From Euryarchaeota archaeon UBA182 (GTDB lineage Archaea > Thermoplasmatota > Poseidoniia > Poseidoniales > Thalassarchaeaceae): a stretch of DNA of 64,000 bases. Position 1 is the first letter of the stretch. Every line of letters begins with the position of its first letter. Below the pieces are notes generated by a model. That model worked only from the letters and a program-made list of their open reading frames with translations. It was not told the origin of the DNA and did no database searches. Positions 50,074 to 59,903 of the stretch are shown here, in pieces. The position numbers and the translations under genes are program-made. The DNA lies in the NCBI GenBank assembly GCA_002495675.1, contig DAGH01000001.1, positions 50,592 to 114,591 of the forward strand, given 5' to 3'.

Positions 50074-50754
50074 ATGTCCGAGGAACGTGTTCAGCAGTTG
50101 GAAGGGAGACTTGCAGAGGAAACCCAACGCTTGGAGAAGCTGTATGTTGCATACAGAGGGCTTGAGGAAGAACTTCAGGAGAAAAATGCAGTCATTGACG
50201 TCTTGGAGAAAGAAGCCATAGACAAGGAGATAGAGCGAGAGGGGCTGGAGTCATTATTGAGTGAGAAGGACTCTAGGATAAGAGATCTGGAAATGGATCA
50301 TGCTAAAGCGAGAAAGAGGATTCAGCACCTAGAACCCGATCTCGAGAAAATGGAAGAGATGTACACCAGAGAGTCAGCAAGGCTAGGGCGCGTTTTCGAG
50401 GTAGCCGAGGAATTGGACGAATCACTGAGAGTCTCACAGGCAGAACTCAATGCCAGAGACAATTGGTATGAGTCCCACATGAGTCTTTTCGAGCAACTCA
50501 ATGAGGCAATCCAGACTCGATTTAACATGATTGAGAGAGCGGTCGAAGCTGTGAAAGAACAACAAGAAAAACAGGCAGCTTTCAAAGACCAGATGGAGAA
50601 CGCACAAGACGCCGTCTCCAAGGAAAAAATAGAGGATCCCGGCGACGGTTTGGAAAAAATGAAGGTCGCTGAACTTAGGGCGATTCTTATCGAGCAGGGC
50701 ATGGATGCCAAAGGGAAGAAAGCAGATCTGATAGAACGTATTCGCAAGGCCTAA
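50074..50754 (+). CDS. Coiled-coil protein with a C-terminal SAP/Rho_N-like helix-extended-helix domain
   Basis: About 190 aa of heptad-rich E/K/L sequence, followed by MKVAELRAILIEQGMDAKGKKADLIERIRKA. Confidence 0.6.
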   Translation: MSEERVQQLEGRLAEETQRLEKLYVAYRGLEEELQEKNAVIDVLEKEAIDKEIEREGLESLLSEKDSRIRDLEMDHAKARKRIQHLEPDLEKMEEMYTRESARLGRVFEVAEELDESLRVSQAELNARDNWYESHMSLFEQLNEAIQTRFNMIERAVEAVKEQQEKQAAFKDQMENAQDAVSKEKIEDPGDGLEKMKVAELRAILIEQGMDAKGKKADLIERIRKA

Positions 50755-51473
50755 CTAGGCTTGCTACCGTCCGCCTTCCTGATACACTTCGCAGGAATAC
50801 CGCCCCAGGTTTCACCATCCGGGATCTCCGTCCACTTCGGTACAACTGCTCTTGACGCGATGACAGCATTTGCTCCAATCTTGCACCCTGGCTGGATTAC
50901 AGAACCACCTCCAACCAAGGAACCGCTTCCAATGGACACTGGGGCTAGGACTAATTCATTCATTTCAACCAGATGCCCGTTTATTGTAGCATCCCCTCCT
51001 ACAACAACTCCATCACCGAGCGTAATCATTGGCGCGTCATTGATTCTCGAGGAGTTTATGATTACCCCCTTTCCCATATTCAGTCCCATCAGTTTGTAGT
51101 ATAGGGTGGAAAACATGGATGGTACTATCGTCGATAGGAACAATAAGGCAACGCGATGGAAAACCAATGCAATTCCCCACCTAATCGTAATCATGGATTT
51201 CAGTGGGAAGCGACCTTCACGCCCCCTCAAGGCGAAAATTGCCCCAAAAACGCCTGTGACCAAAACAACTCCAAGGCCACCCCCAATGTACCCCATTCCG
51301 AGACCAATACAAAACCACAATGAGTGAATTAACCCATCATTACCAGCAGAAACACTCCAGTTTTCCACAGCGGTGAACATCAGATAACCCGGAAAGATGC
51401 CAATCCCTATCAGAACGCCAAAGAAGGGAAGGATCAACAAAGTAAGTAGTCGTTGTACCATTGAAAAACTCAC
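50751..51473 (-). CDS. Membrane-anchored hexapeptide-repeat (left-handed beta-helix) acyltransferase-like protein
   Basis: Three to four N-terminal TM helices, then imperfect hexapeptide repeats: GVIINSSRINDAPMITLGDGVVVGGDATINGH...IGSGSLVGGGSVIQPGCKIGANAVIA. Confidence 0.6.
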   Translation of the reverse strand: MSFSMVQRLLTLLILPFFGVLIGIGIFPGYLMFTAVENWSVSAGNDGLIHSLWFCIGLGMGYIGGGLGVVLVTGVFGAIFALRGREGRFPLKSMITIRWGIALVFHRVALLFLSTIVPSMFSTLYYKLMGLNMGKGVIINSSRINDAPMITLGDGVVVGGDATINGHLVEMNELVLAPVSIGSGSLVGGGSVIQPGCKIGANAVIASRAVVPKWTEIPDGETWGGIPAKCIRKADGSKPS

Positions 51474-51484
51474 TGACTCTCACC

Positions 51485-53227
51485 TCACATTTCATCTGAC
51501 GATTCCCAGGCATTAGAGTCCACAGATGCCGCAACAGCCTTACCTTCTTCTAAATCGACAATTGTCAACAGGGCGGTGCCTGCGAGGATTACGATCATTA
51601 TCGTGAAGACGGCAACCCTTGAATTGTACACGTTTGCCGTCAGTCCGTAAATTATGGGCCCAATGAAAGCGGCGGCCTTACCTATAAAACCAAAGAAACC
51701 GAAAAACTCTGCAGCCTTGGTTTTGGGAGTCATCATTACCATCATACTACGTGCTTGCGCACCAACGGTGCCCATCACAATTCCAACCATGGTACCAAGA
51801 AGAATCCACTGAGAGTTAACCCCAAAACCAAGGGGTTCCCATAGGTTATCCCTCAAAGCCTTCGGCCACCAGCTTAGCTCACCATCTCCGATGTTTGTAG
51901 GATGCCGATCCCCCACCGAATTTTCTCCGTTTAGATCTCCCCCCCTGAATGAAAAACTGAATCTATGATCCAACTCATCATTCATCGAGGATGCAAGAAT
52001 AGATGCCCTTTCGATAGTCAAGTGCTCGATCTCAGTCCCATTGTCCTCCTGTAGGTAAGTCATGAAAGCATCTCTGAACGCAGCATCGCCGTCCCCCGAA
52101 TCGCTCACCCAAGAATCTACACCGCGGTCATAGAGCGTGGATAACATGTAAACCTCGTTGTCCTCGGACCAATCATACTGAAAATCATACCTCTCGTGGT
52201 CATCTTCCAATTCCAATGGAGCGAATCCGACCGCAAGTATTGCGACTACGCAATACACACCAAGCGCTGCGGTCAACACACGCTTGGTACCAAAACGCCT
52301 GGCAGCCCTCCCACCAAGTATTGTCATCGGTATCGCGACTATGTTAACCATCAGAAGAAGCACGAAATTCATGGTCTGTGATAATCTTAGTACAGACTCT
52401 CCATATGCTGAGGCAACACCTCCGATCGTATTTACACCGTCAAAGAATAGGAGATACGAAACCAAGAAAACGGAGAGTGACCTGTATTTCTTTATCTCCC
52501 TGAAAGAATGGATCACTTCACTCATTCCATCTCTTATGGCCGCAAACGCACTATCGTATTCCTTCGGATCAGGGAGTTTGGGCTCAGGGGTTTTCAAAAA
52601 CAGTTGATAACCCCACCCAAGCCACCAGAGTGCGCTGGAAACGAATATGAATGCAAGAATATTTGCAGTGAATCCAAACGTGAGACCCAATCCAAGGTGG
52701 ACTATCAGTATCGTGGAACCTCCCATGAATCCATATGCATAACCCCAACTAGAGACATGATCAGCATCTTCCTTACTCGTGACATATGGCATGAATGCGT
52801 AGTAAATCACATTCCCGCCAGCGAACCCGATGTTGCCAATCACAAGGCAAACAGCGAGAAACATGTAGTCAGTTCCTTCGCCAAGAAATGGGGCTAGCCC
52901 CATCATTGCAGTGAAAATGACCCCAACTATTGTGTAGGCCCAAAGGATCTTCTTTTTGATTTCTATTCTATCGGCGATGGCACCCAAGACTGGACTTACA
53001 ACCGCTACGAACAAACTGGAAACTCCCAGTACCAAGGCGTAAAAGGAATCTCCTGTCTGAGTCCCCGTTGCGGTATTGTACATGCTAGCAGTCAGTGCAG
53101 GTACGACGACCGTTAGAACGGTCAACGCAAATGCTTGATTAGCCCAATCGTACCAATACCACGCTTGCAGGGCACTTTTTTCTTCATCATTTTTCGCCAC
53201 GCTGGTCGACGCAGAGAGGATGCTCAT
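51485..53227 (-). CDS. MFS transporter, UMF1/Atg22-like, with a hydrophilic insertion of about 140 aa
   Basis: ALQAWYWYDWANQAFALTV N-terminal signature and 12 or more hydrophobic helices. The start is taken at MSILSAST. The ORF track extends to 53299. Confidence 0.7.
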   Translation of the reverse strand: MSILSASTSVAKNDEEKSALQAWYWYDWANQAFALTVLTVVVPALTASMYNTATGTQTGDSFYALVLGVSSLFVAVVSPVLGAIADRIEIKKKILWAYTIVGVIFTAMMGLAPFLGEGTDYMFLAVCLVIGNIGFAGGNVIYYAFMPYVTSKEDADHVSSWGYAYGFMGGSTILIVHLGLGLTFGFTANILAFIFVSSALWWLGWGYQLFLKTPEPKLPDPKEYDSAFAAIRDGMSEVIHSFREIKKYRSLSVFLVSYLLFFDGVNTIGGVASAYGESVLRLSQTMNFVLLLMVNIVAIPMTILGGRAARRFGTKRVLTAALGVYCVVAILAVGFAPLELEDDHERYDFQYDWSEDNEVYMLSTLYDRGVDSWVSDSGDGDAAFRDAFMTYLQEDNGTEIEHLTIERASILASSMNDELDHRFSFSFRGGDLNGENSVGDRHPTNIGDGELSWWPKALRDNLWEPLGFGVNSQWILLGTMVGIVMGTVGAQARSMMVMMTPKTKAAEFFGFFGFIGKAAAFIGPIIYGLTANVYNSRVAVFTIMIVILAGTALLTIVDLEEGKAVAASVDSNAWESSDEM

Positions 53228-53333
53228 AGCCGTTGCAAATGAGCCTGAACGTTTGAAAGGTCCTACAATGGACCAATTCCTCACTACACGATTTTTCACC
53301 TATGTTCAATACAAAGAAGACAGACGACCCCTC

Positions 53334-54461
53334 ATGGTGGCACCCTTGATGGAAAGAACCACCCCCCCGAAACGGCTACATGAACTGATCAAGGCTCCAG
53401 AGAACCTCCCATCCTCCATAGAAAGAAGGGAGTCGTGGGATGCCACAAAGCCCGCGACAGTCTATCTGACTCCGGAGGTCCTTCCGGATGGAACACCATG
53501 CACAGCTGCAACAGTGATATTGAGGACGAAAGGTTGTACATGGTGGTGGAAATCAGGTTGTACATTTTGCGGGTATTTCAATGACGTCAGAGATGATGTC
53601 ACAGCGGAGGATATGCTTTCCCAATGGTCCGATGCGAAGAGAATGACGAATGATTTCGAGGGCTGCAAAATGGTAAAGGTCTACACATCTGGAACGTTTT
53701 TCGAGGACAGAGAGAACCCGATAGATTGGCAAGAGACAGTACTTCGTGAGACATATGAGATGAACCTACATCTAATAATAGAGGCACAAGCACATCTGTG
53801 CAAGGATGACAAGCTATCATGGGTTTCTTCAATTCACCCAGGATGCACCGTTGCAATCGGCCTGGAAGCATACGATGATGCTGTTCTGAGGTTCCATGTC
53901 AACAAGGGATTCAATCTAAAGACTTGGCATGCAGCAGTTGAAAGATTGAGGAAGTATAAACTTAGAGTCAAGACATACCTCATGTTCAAACCCCCTTTTA
54001 TGTCAGAGGGAGATGCTCTTTCACATTCAGTTAGATGGATTCAGGAGGTCTCTCAACTTAGCGATGAGGTGTCTATAAATCCCATGAATATACAGAAGAA
54101 AACCATTGTAGACAGAATTCACAGAAATCGAGAATATAGGCCGCCTTGGCTTTGGTCGCTTGTCAAGATGATCCAGGAAAGTCACAATGCAGTGAAAGAA
54201 TCTAGCTGTAGAGTAATTGTTCATCCGACAGCAGGAGGAAAGATCAGGGGGGCGCACAATTGCGGTAAATGCGACAAGGAAGTGGTTGCAGCGATTGAGA
54301 GGTACTCCGTATCCTCAGAAATAGACGAATTTTCAGACTTGAGTTGTGAATGCCAGTCTGTATGGTTAGACGAAATTAATTCCGATATCCTCACGCCAGC
54401 CCAGTTTGGGACAGGGATTTCGAGACGCGGTAGCCCCCTAAGGTCGATGCTTGCTCCATGA
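53334..54461 (+). CDS. Radical SAM protein of the TIGR01210/RaSEA-like type (possible archaeosine-pathway enzyme)
   Basis: VILRTKGCTWWWKSGCTFCGYFND cysteine motif and TIM-barrel-like periodicity. The start is uncertain (53220, 53268, 53334 or 53349). The family assignment is from memory of the motif. Confidence 0.55.
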   Translation: MVAPLMERTTPPKRLHELIKAPENLPSSIERRESWDATKPATVYLTPEVLPDGTPCTAATVILRTKGCTWWWKSGCTFCGYFNDVRDDVTAEDMLSQWSDAKRMTNDFEGCKMVKVYTSGTFFEDRENPIDWQETVLRETYEMNLHLIIEAQAHLCKDDKLSWVSSIHPGCTVAIGLEAYDDAVLRFHVNKGFNLKTWHAAVERLRKYKLRVKTYLMFKPPFMSEGDALSHSVRWIQEVSQLSDEVSINPMNIQKKTIVDRIHRNREYRPPWLWSLVKMIQESHNAVKESSCRVIVHPTAGGKIRGAHNCGKCDKEVVAAIERYSVSSEIDEFSDLSCECQSVWLDEINSDILTPAQFGTGISRRGSPLRSMLAP

Positions 54462-54540
54462 ATACTCGCCTCATCTCGCCCAAGGCTTAAGGACACAATG
54501 AAAGTGGTCAGAGCACCCGAAAGGGTGGGTTCGTGTCCAT

Positions 54541-54810
54541 ATGGCTAATTCCGATCCAAGCGTCGATGTTTTCATGCAGGCAAATGCAGAGCCGAAATCT
54601 TCCTGGCTGCTATTGGTGCTTGGTTTTATCATCGTATTACTTTCACTTACAATACACTCCATTGTCTTCCCTGGTCAGAACTTGCCTGTTATCTCAGATC
54701 TCGAAACTTTCGGCTCACTTCAGGGACAAGTATGGATATTTATTCTGGGAATGCTGGTAGGGACTATGATGATCCTATCGACTCTGTTGACAGAGGTAAC
54801 GAGGGAGTGA
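54541..54810 (+). CDS. Small two-TM membrane protein
   Basis: 89 aa with SWLLLVLGFIIVLLSLTI and VWIFILGMLVGTMMILSTLL. It ends 4 nt before the next membrane gene. Confidence 0.5.
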   Translation: MANSDPSVDVFMQANAEPKSSWLLLVLGFIIVLLSLTIHSIVFPGQNLPVISDLETFGSLQGQVWIFILGMLVGTMMILSTLLTEVTRE

Positions 54811-54814
54811 AAAC

Positions 54815-56476
54815 ATGTTCATGGATATACAAAGCCTCTTGATTTTCTGGGGGGTGCTGGTAGGGTTCTTTATTCTCACGAGCCGAGGGCTTGGCGTCTT
54901 GGGGGATGTATTGAGGCCGACAGGTCTGTTCTTGCTTGAGAAAGCCCTTGGCCCAGCAATCGATTTCGCTGAGGGGAAACCCGGCTCAGCAGCGCGGGCG
55001 TGGATCATCCTAGGAACGCTTTGGCTGTTCGTGTCAATCTGCTTTACCTTCCTCGGCGTTTGGGTCGGTCATGATCCATATGCTTTGATTTCCTTGTCGG
55101 GTTGGGGCTACAGTCCATCGTCACCCACCCTGATATCTGCTGGTACAGTTGCTGGATTGTATGGGTTCATCGGGATGGTGATCATTGGCTCATCATTCCA
55201 CGTTCTACCGATACTCTGTGGAACTCCGGGAGGACTGCCAAGCGAGAGGAACGGCACTCTGGTCTCAACACCTTGGACAGTGGGTGTTCTGATATTGTTC
55301 ATTGCAGCCCACAATCCCACCCCGTTTGGAATCGATATAACATTAGTCGGTGTAGCAGTAATGGCGCTTGCCTATGGTGCAGTCTTGGTAAATCTACTAT
55401 TGACACTTGCTAATAGAACTCAGAGTCCCAAAGAACCGGGTTGGCTCCTGATCCTAGCTTTCATCGCCGGACCTGCATCCCTCATTGCGTCCTCGATAAC
55501 AAACGGACCCTCCTTGCTGGCAGATCCATGGCTTGTAACCAAGCTACTCGCAGTTCCTTTCTTCCTTTGGTCCGTAGCAGCCCTTTCGCTATATTCAGCA
55601 GCGATAGGCTCTAATTCCCCTCTTTGGTCCAGAACTCTGAGTGGAACCCTGCTCGTTGGATTGATCATAACTTCATCCGCCTACCAGAGCCTGGATGGAG
55701 GTTTGTTCTCTGATTTGATAACTCAAGTATCTGCTGTACCAGACGTTTCAGATTCAACTAGGATGTTTGGCACCTTTCTGATCGCTCTTTCATTAGCTCC
55801 CATGATTGCCCTGTCTGCAAACATAATCGGAACGGTTCGGGCCGGTGGGAAATCACCAGAGATTACCAATGGAATGGCGATCCTGGTCACCTCCTCAATG
55901 GCATTGGTAATTCTTTGGCTACTGAATTATGCGTTCAGATCCCCATCTATCGCGGGCTTGAATACTTATGAGCCCCTATTGGGAACGATTGAGCTAATGA
56001 CTCTCTGGCTTTTCTTCATACCCATGGCTATGGGGATACAGCTGCATCTCTATCCATCGATTACAAAGAGATCGCTGCCGTCCCCAGAAAGAACTAGGAT
56101 TGGATATTGGATGTTTGTAACCGCTACATCTGCTGGACTGATCTGCATGCTAATCTCAGAGTCGATCAACATATCAACATCCCAACTTGAAGTAGAGTTC
56201 AACTCAACACTGTCAGACAGATTCGCGGTTGTCGGTTCAGTCATCTTCTATGGTGCGGTTATTGCCATTATACTTCATACTGTCAATGTTTTGAGAGGGT
56301 TATTTCACGGAAGAATACAACTTGAAAGCTCAATGTCAGATATCAGAAAAATAGAGACCTTTACGATAGCAGAATCAATAACGATTCGCTCGATTCTGAC
56401 GGCCGGTGCGGATGTGGACACTATGTTGGTTCCAGTATCTGATACCGAAATACCGGGCGCTCCTACCGAATTGTAA
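54815..56476 (+). CDS. Polytopic membrane protein (12-14 predicted TM helices), function unknown
   Basis: 553 aa and hydrophobic throughout. The hydrophilic C-terminal tail is about 60 aa. I could not assign it to a family. Confidence 0.6.
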   Translation: MFMDIQSLLIFWGVLVGFFILTSRGLGVLGDVLRPTGLFLLEKALGPAIDFAEGKPGSAARAWIILGTLWLFVSICFTFLGVWVGHDPYALISLSGWGYSPSSPTLISAGTVAGLYGFIGMVIIGSSFHVLPILCGTPGGLPSERNGTLVSTPWTVGVLILFIAAHNPTPFGIDITLVGVAVMALAYGAVLVNLLLTLANRTQSPKEPGWLLILAFIAGPASLIASSITNGPSLLADPWLVTKLLAVPFFLWSVAALSLYSAAIGSNSPLWSRTLSGTLLVGLIITSSAYQSLDGGLFSDLITQVSAVPDVSDSTRMFGTFLIALSLAPMIALSANIIGTVRAGGKSPEITNGMAILVTSSMALVILWLLNYAFRSPSIAGLNTYEPLLGTIELMTLWLFFIPMAMGIQLHLYPSITKRSLPSPERTRIGYWMFVTATSAGLICMLISESINISTSQLEVEFNSTLSDRFAVVGSVIFYGAVIAIILHTVNVLRGLFHGRIQLESSMSDIRKIETFTIAESITIRSILTAGADVDTMLVPVSDTEIPGAPTEL

Positions 56477-56516
56477 AAATCGGTAGATTGTTGACAATCA
56501 AGCCTTAGGGTCAACC

Positions 56517-57785
56517 ATGAGGGTGGGCCTCGTAGGCAAGCCAAATGTTGGCAAATCAACAGCATTTTCATCACTTACCAGCACGTTGGTAGAGATAGCT
56601 GATTACCCCTTTACAACCATAGAACCCAATATTGGGATTGCATGGATACCAGTGCCAGATCCATGCAGGTGTGCTGACTTACCCACTAGGACCTCAAAAA
56701 GCCAAGACTCACAGGGGGATGGTGGAGGTAGCACATGCAATCCAAGGACAGGTTCTTGCAAAGACTTTCGACGTTTAATCCCAATAACACTGGTTGACGT
56801 CGCAGGCCTCGTACCAGGAGCGAGCGAGGGAAGGGGGAGAGGGAACCAATTCCTATCAGACCTGTCGCGATGTGATGCATTGATCCAAATTGTAGATGGA
56901 TCAATGTCAACCGATTTGGAGGGGAATCATTCAGAGCCATTAGCCTCGACTCCTATTGACGAATACAACTTCCTAACCGAGGAGATCGAACTCTGGCTCG
57001 CTGGCATACTCAAACAAGGCTGGTCCAGAGGAGCCCGTAGAGCCCAATCTGGAGGTGAGAGGGCCCTATTAGACCTCATTACTAACCTCATAAGCGGCCT
57101 AGGTGGCACGGAAAAGGACGCAATTCTTGGCCTACAGGCCGCGAGGGAAATCGCATCTGACAACCAGCCATGGGACTGGGGCGATACTGTGATCAGAAGG
57201 ATGGCATCTGAAATAAGACGTTCAATGTTCCCAGTGGCTGTTGCAATAAACAAGGCGGATAAGGTAGAGCCCAACAAATTAAAATCAACTATCAAGGATT
57301 TTGAGGATTTGAGCCTGCTTTGCCTACCGACATCAGCGGAGGTTGAACTTGCATTGAACAAAGCGAAAAAAGCGGGTTTGATATCGTATTCAGTTGGGGA
57401 TAGCCCCGCTAAATTCAACCTAGAACCTCAAAATAATCCCTCAGATTCACAGAGAGGCATTTTGGAGAAGATACAGAATAAGATGTCAAGTATTGAAGGC
57501 GCTGGATTGGTTGATCTCTTGTCACAGGTCGTTTTTTCTAGTTTGTCGAGAATTGTCGTCTATCCAGTCTCTGACGAGGGAAGGTGGACTGACGCAGAAA
57601 ACAGAATCCTTCCGGATGCCATATTGCTCCCACAAGGATCAACCGCCAGGGACCTTGCATACGCGGTGCACACTGACTTGGGCAATGGTTTCATCAGGGC
57701 AACTAATGCAGTTTCAGGCAGATCAATACGAGGGGACTCAGAATTGTCCATGTCTGACGTAGTCAAGATACACTCTAAGTCATAG
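56517..57785 (+). CDS. YchF/OLA1-family P-loop GTPase/ATPase with a C-terminal TGS domain (archaeal type)
   Basis: G1 is GKPNVGKST, G2 is YPFTTIEPN, G3 is DVAGLV and G4 is NKAD. A Cys-rich insert reads CRC...C...C. The TGS-like C-terminus is LPQGSTARDLAYAVHTDLG. Confidence 0.8.
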   Translation: MRVGLVGKPNVGKSTAFSSLTSTLVEIADYPFTTIEPNIGIAWIPVPDPCRCADLPTRTSKSQDSQGDGGGSTCNPRTGSCKDFRRLIPITLVDVAGLVPGASEGRGRGNQFLSDLSRCDALIQIVDGSMSTDLEGNHSEPLASTPIDEYNFLTEEIELWLAGILKQGWSRGARRAQSGGERALLDLITNLISGLGGTEKDAILGLQAAREIASDNQPWDWGDTVIRRMASEIRRSMFPVAVAINKADKVEPNKLKSTIKDFEDLSLLCLPTSAEVELALNKAKKAGLISYSVGDSPAKFNLEPQNNPSDSQRGILEKIQNKMSSIEGAGLVDLLSQVVFSSLSRIVVYPVSDEGRWTDAENRILPDAILLPQGSTARDLAYAVHTDLGNGFIRATNAVSGRSIRGDSELSMSDVVKIHSKS

Positions 57786-57843
57786 GCCAATTATTGTTCA
57801 CACTAACAGGGGTTTCCCGATTGTAGCACTAATGATGTTGCAC

Positions 57844-58158
57844 TTAGCCAAAGAGGGAGCCCAGGCCTTCAAACCCGGAGTCATCCTCCTCTTCCTCTTC
57901 AGCAGCTTCCTCAGCTGGGGCTGCTGCTTCAGAGGATCCACCACCAGATCCTGCGGCGGGGGTCGCCGCGGCCACTGGTGCTGCGATTGCTGTGGACATC
58001 GCTTCCTCAATGTCAACCGACGCAAGTGAGGCAACTAGCCCCTTGACTCGCGCAGCGTCTACATCTACTCCTGCGGATTCGAGAACCGCAGTAATGCCCT
58101 TTTCGTCAATCGTCTTTCCTGCTGAGTGCAGTATCATTGCAGCGTATACATACTCCAT
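57844..58158 (-). CDS. rpl12: 50S ribosomal stalk protein P1 (L12e)
   Basis: MEYVYAAMILHSAGK...EEEEEDDSGFEGLGSLFG. The ORF track starts 9 nt upstream. Confidence 0.9.
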   Translation of the reverse strand: MEYVYAAMILHSAGKTIDEKGITAVLESAGVDVDAARVKGLVASLASVDIEEAMSTAIAAPVAAATPAAGSGGGSSEAAAPAEEAAEEEEEDDSGFEGLGSLFG

Positions 58159-58173
58159 TTCTTTCACCTTTTT

Positions 58174-59256
58174 TTATCCAAAGAGGTCACCGAGTCCTCC
58201 GAACCCTGCATCCTCCTCTTCCTCCTCTTCCTCTTCTTCGGATTGAGAATCCGAATCACCTTCGTCAGATGAGGAATCTGACGAATTACCGCTCTCTGTT
58301 GAGATCGAAGTGCTTTCATCTAGCATGGCGACGATCTCTTCGTCAAGTGCGATGGAATCTAATTGACTAGCAAGCCCTAGGGCTTGGGATTTTACTTTAG
58401 AGAGAATCAATGCTGAGGTTTCATCATTGATTATCGTGGAATTAACTGCTACGGAAAGTGCCTCACCCTTTGCTTTGGCTATCAAGGAAGGCATCGTCTG
58501 AGGAGTGAAGTACGTTATTTGACATGCAAGATTGAACGCACTAGAAACAGCGCTAATCAGATCGTTCCTCACATCCTCCGTATTGATGTCTAGGTCATCC
58601 GCCATCAAGACAAGGCCATCCTCCATGGCTCCTGTGAGTATAATCCCTATTTCGATGGGATTTATGTCCAGTTTTGAGAGCATGATCCCGAGATCTGCGG
58701 ATATCGGCTGGCCCTTTTCCACAGCCGTGACAGTCTTTTGAATTGCGACTTTGCCCTTGTCGATCTTAGCTGGTATGCCAACGGCATTGAACTCTCCAAC
58801 AATAGGGCCAGGACCGAACGGAGTCGGACCCTTTTCCACGACGATGTCCATCGGAGCAAGCTCCCCTTCCTTTGCCGCACGACCTTGGCGAGTTTTCGAT
58901 AGTTCTGCGCTTAGCTCGAAAGCGTTCATTGAATTAGTGTGAACAATAGCGGGTTGGGTTGAAGATTCAAACAGCTGTTCTAGGGTTTCGGAGTCTTTCC
59001 CGGATGACTCCCATGCCCTTCTAATGAGGGTTTTTTTGGCCATTGTGATGGTTAACTTCGATCTCAATGAGGCGCGCATGTCGAGCATGTTCTTGCCAGG
59101 AACGCCATCTATGTCCACGATCCCTATCACTCCATCTGATCCAAGGATCTCAACCAACTCGTCAACTCTGGTCCGCTTCCATGGAGCGACTTTTGGAGAG
59201 ATCAAGATACCACCTCTAACTTCACAGACGGGCCCATTGAAGTCTTGATATAGCAT
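58174..59256 (-). CDS. rpl10: 50S ribosomal stalk protein P0 (uL10)
   Basis: APWKRTRVDELVEIL...C-terminal EEEEEEEEDAGFGGLGDLFG. The start may instead be the TTG at 59205, which forms a TTGA overlap with the L1 stop. Confidence 0.9.
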   Translation of the reverse strand: MLYQDFNGPVCEVRGGILISPKVAPWKRTRVDELVEILGSDGVIGIVDIDGVPGKNMLDMRASLRSKLTITMAKKTLIRRAWESSGKDSETLEQLFESSTQPAIVHTNSMNAFELSAELSKTRQGRAAKEGELAPMDIVVEKGPTPFGPGPIVGEFNAVGIPAKIDKGKVAIQKTVTAVEKGQPISADLGIMLSKLDINPIEIGIILTGAMEDGLVLMADDLDINTEDVRNDLISAVSSAFNLACQITYFTPQTMPSLIAKAKGEALSVAVNSTIINDETSALILSKVKSQALGLASQLDSIALDEEIVAMLDESTSISTESGNSSDSSSDEGDSDSQSEEEEEEEEEDAGFGGLGDLFG

Positions 59257-59858
59257 GACCGTATGTTCATGGAACCACGCTCCAACTTACCGATGACTCT
59301 GTTCCAGACTGCTAATGCGTTTCTCGTTAGTTCCTCTAGAGTCTGGTCTTTGGTACCGAATGCTGCGTGGAAAGTCATTCGATCTCTTGACCTCACGATG
59401 GTCGTGTCGCTGAGGCCAGCAGCCATCATCCCCGGGTCTAGGTTCGGAGGCACAGGACGAGGCATTTTCCCCCTCGGCCCTAGCACTATCCCGAGATAGC
59501 GCCCTACTGTTCCCATGTGGGGGATCTCGGATAGGAAGAAATCCATTTTGTTTGCCAACTTTCTGGCTTTCTGCCTGTTTCCACCAAGATCTTCGATTGT
59601 TGTGGGATCAATAATCTCCAGACCTGCGGCTTGTGCCTTGGTAGCCATCTCTCCACCGGCGAACATTGCGATTTTTACGGATCTGCCTCGTCCAGCCGGT
59701 AGCCGAACCTCTTCCTGGATTCTGTTTGCTGGATTCTTCAGATCCACGTCCTTGATGGTGAAAGCTATTTCTAGGCTTTCTGTGAACTTACGCTCTTTCG
59801 AAGATCCGATTGCGGATTCTATTGCATTTCTCAGTAATTCTTCCATGTTATTTTTCAC
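59202..59858 (-). CDS. rpl1: 50S ribosomal protein L1 (uL1)
   Basis: KERKFTESLEIAFTIKDVDLKNP...LGPRGKMPRPVPP. Confidence 0.9.
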   Translation of the reverse strand: MKNNMEELLRNAIESAIGSSKERKFTESLEIAFTIKDVDLKNPANRIQEEVRLPAGRGRSVKIAMFAGGEMATKAQAAGLEIIDPTTIEDLGGNRQKARKLANKMDFFLSEIPHMGTVGRYLGIVLGPRGKMPRPVPPNLDPGMMAAGLSDTTIVRSRDRMTFHAAFGTKDQTLEELTRNALAVWNRVIGKLERGSMNIRSCYIKTSMGPSVKLEVVS

Positions 59859-59903
59859 CCCTGCGGTCTGCGAGGCTCACCTCTCCCGCAATTCGTGTTT
59901 CCC

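Noticed and set aside
54815-56476. A heme-copper oxidase subunit I identity for the 553-aa membrane protein.
   Set aside because: Only a loose helix-pattern resemblance exists. The six conserved His ligands, the HPEVY motif and the adjacent subunit II/III genes are all absent.
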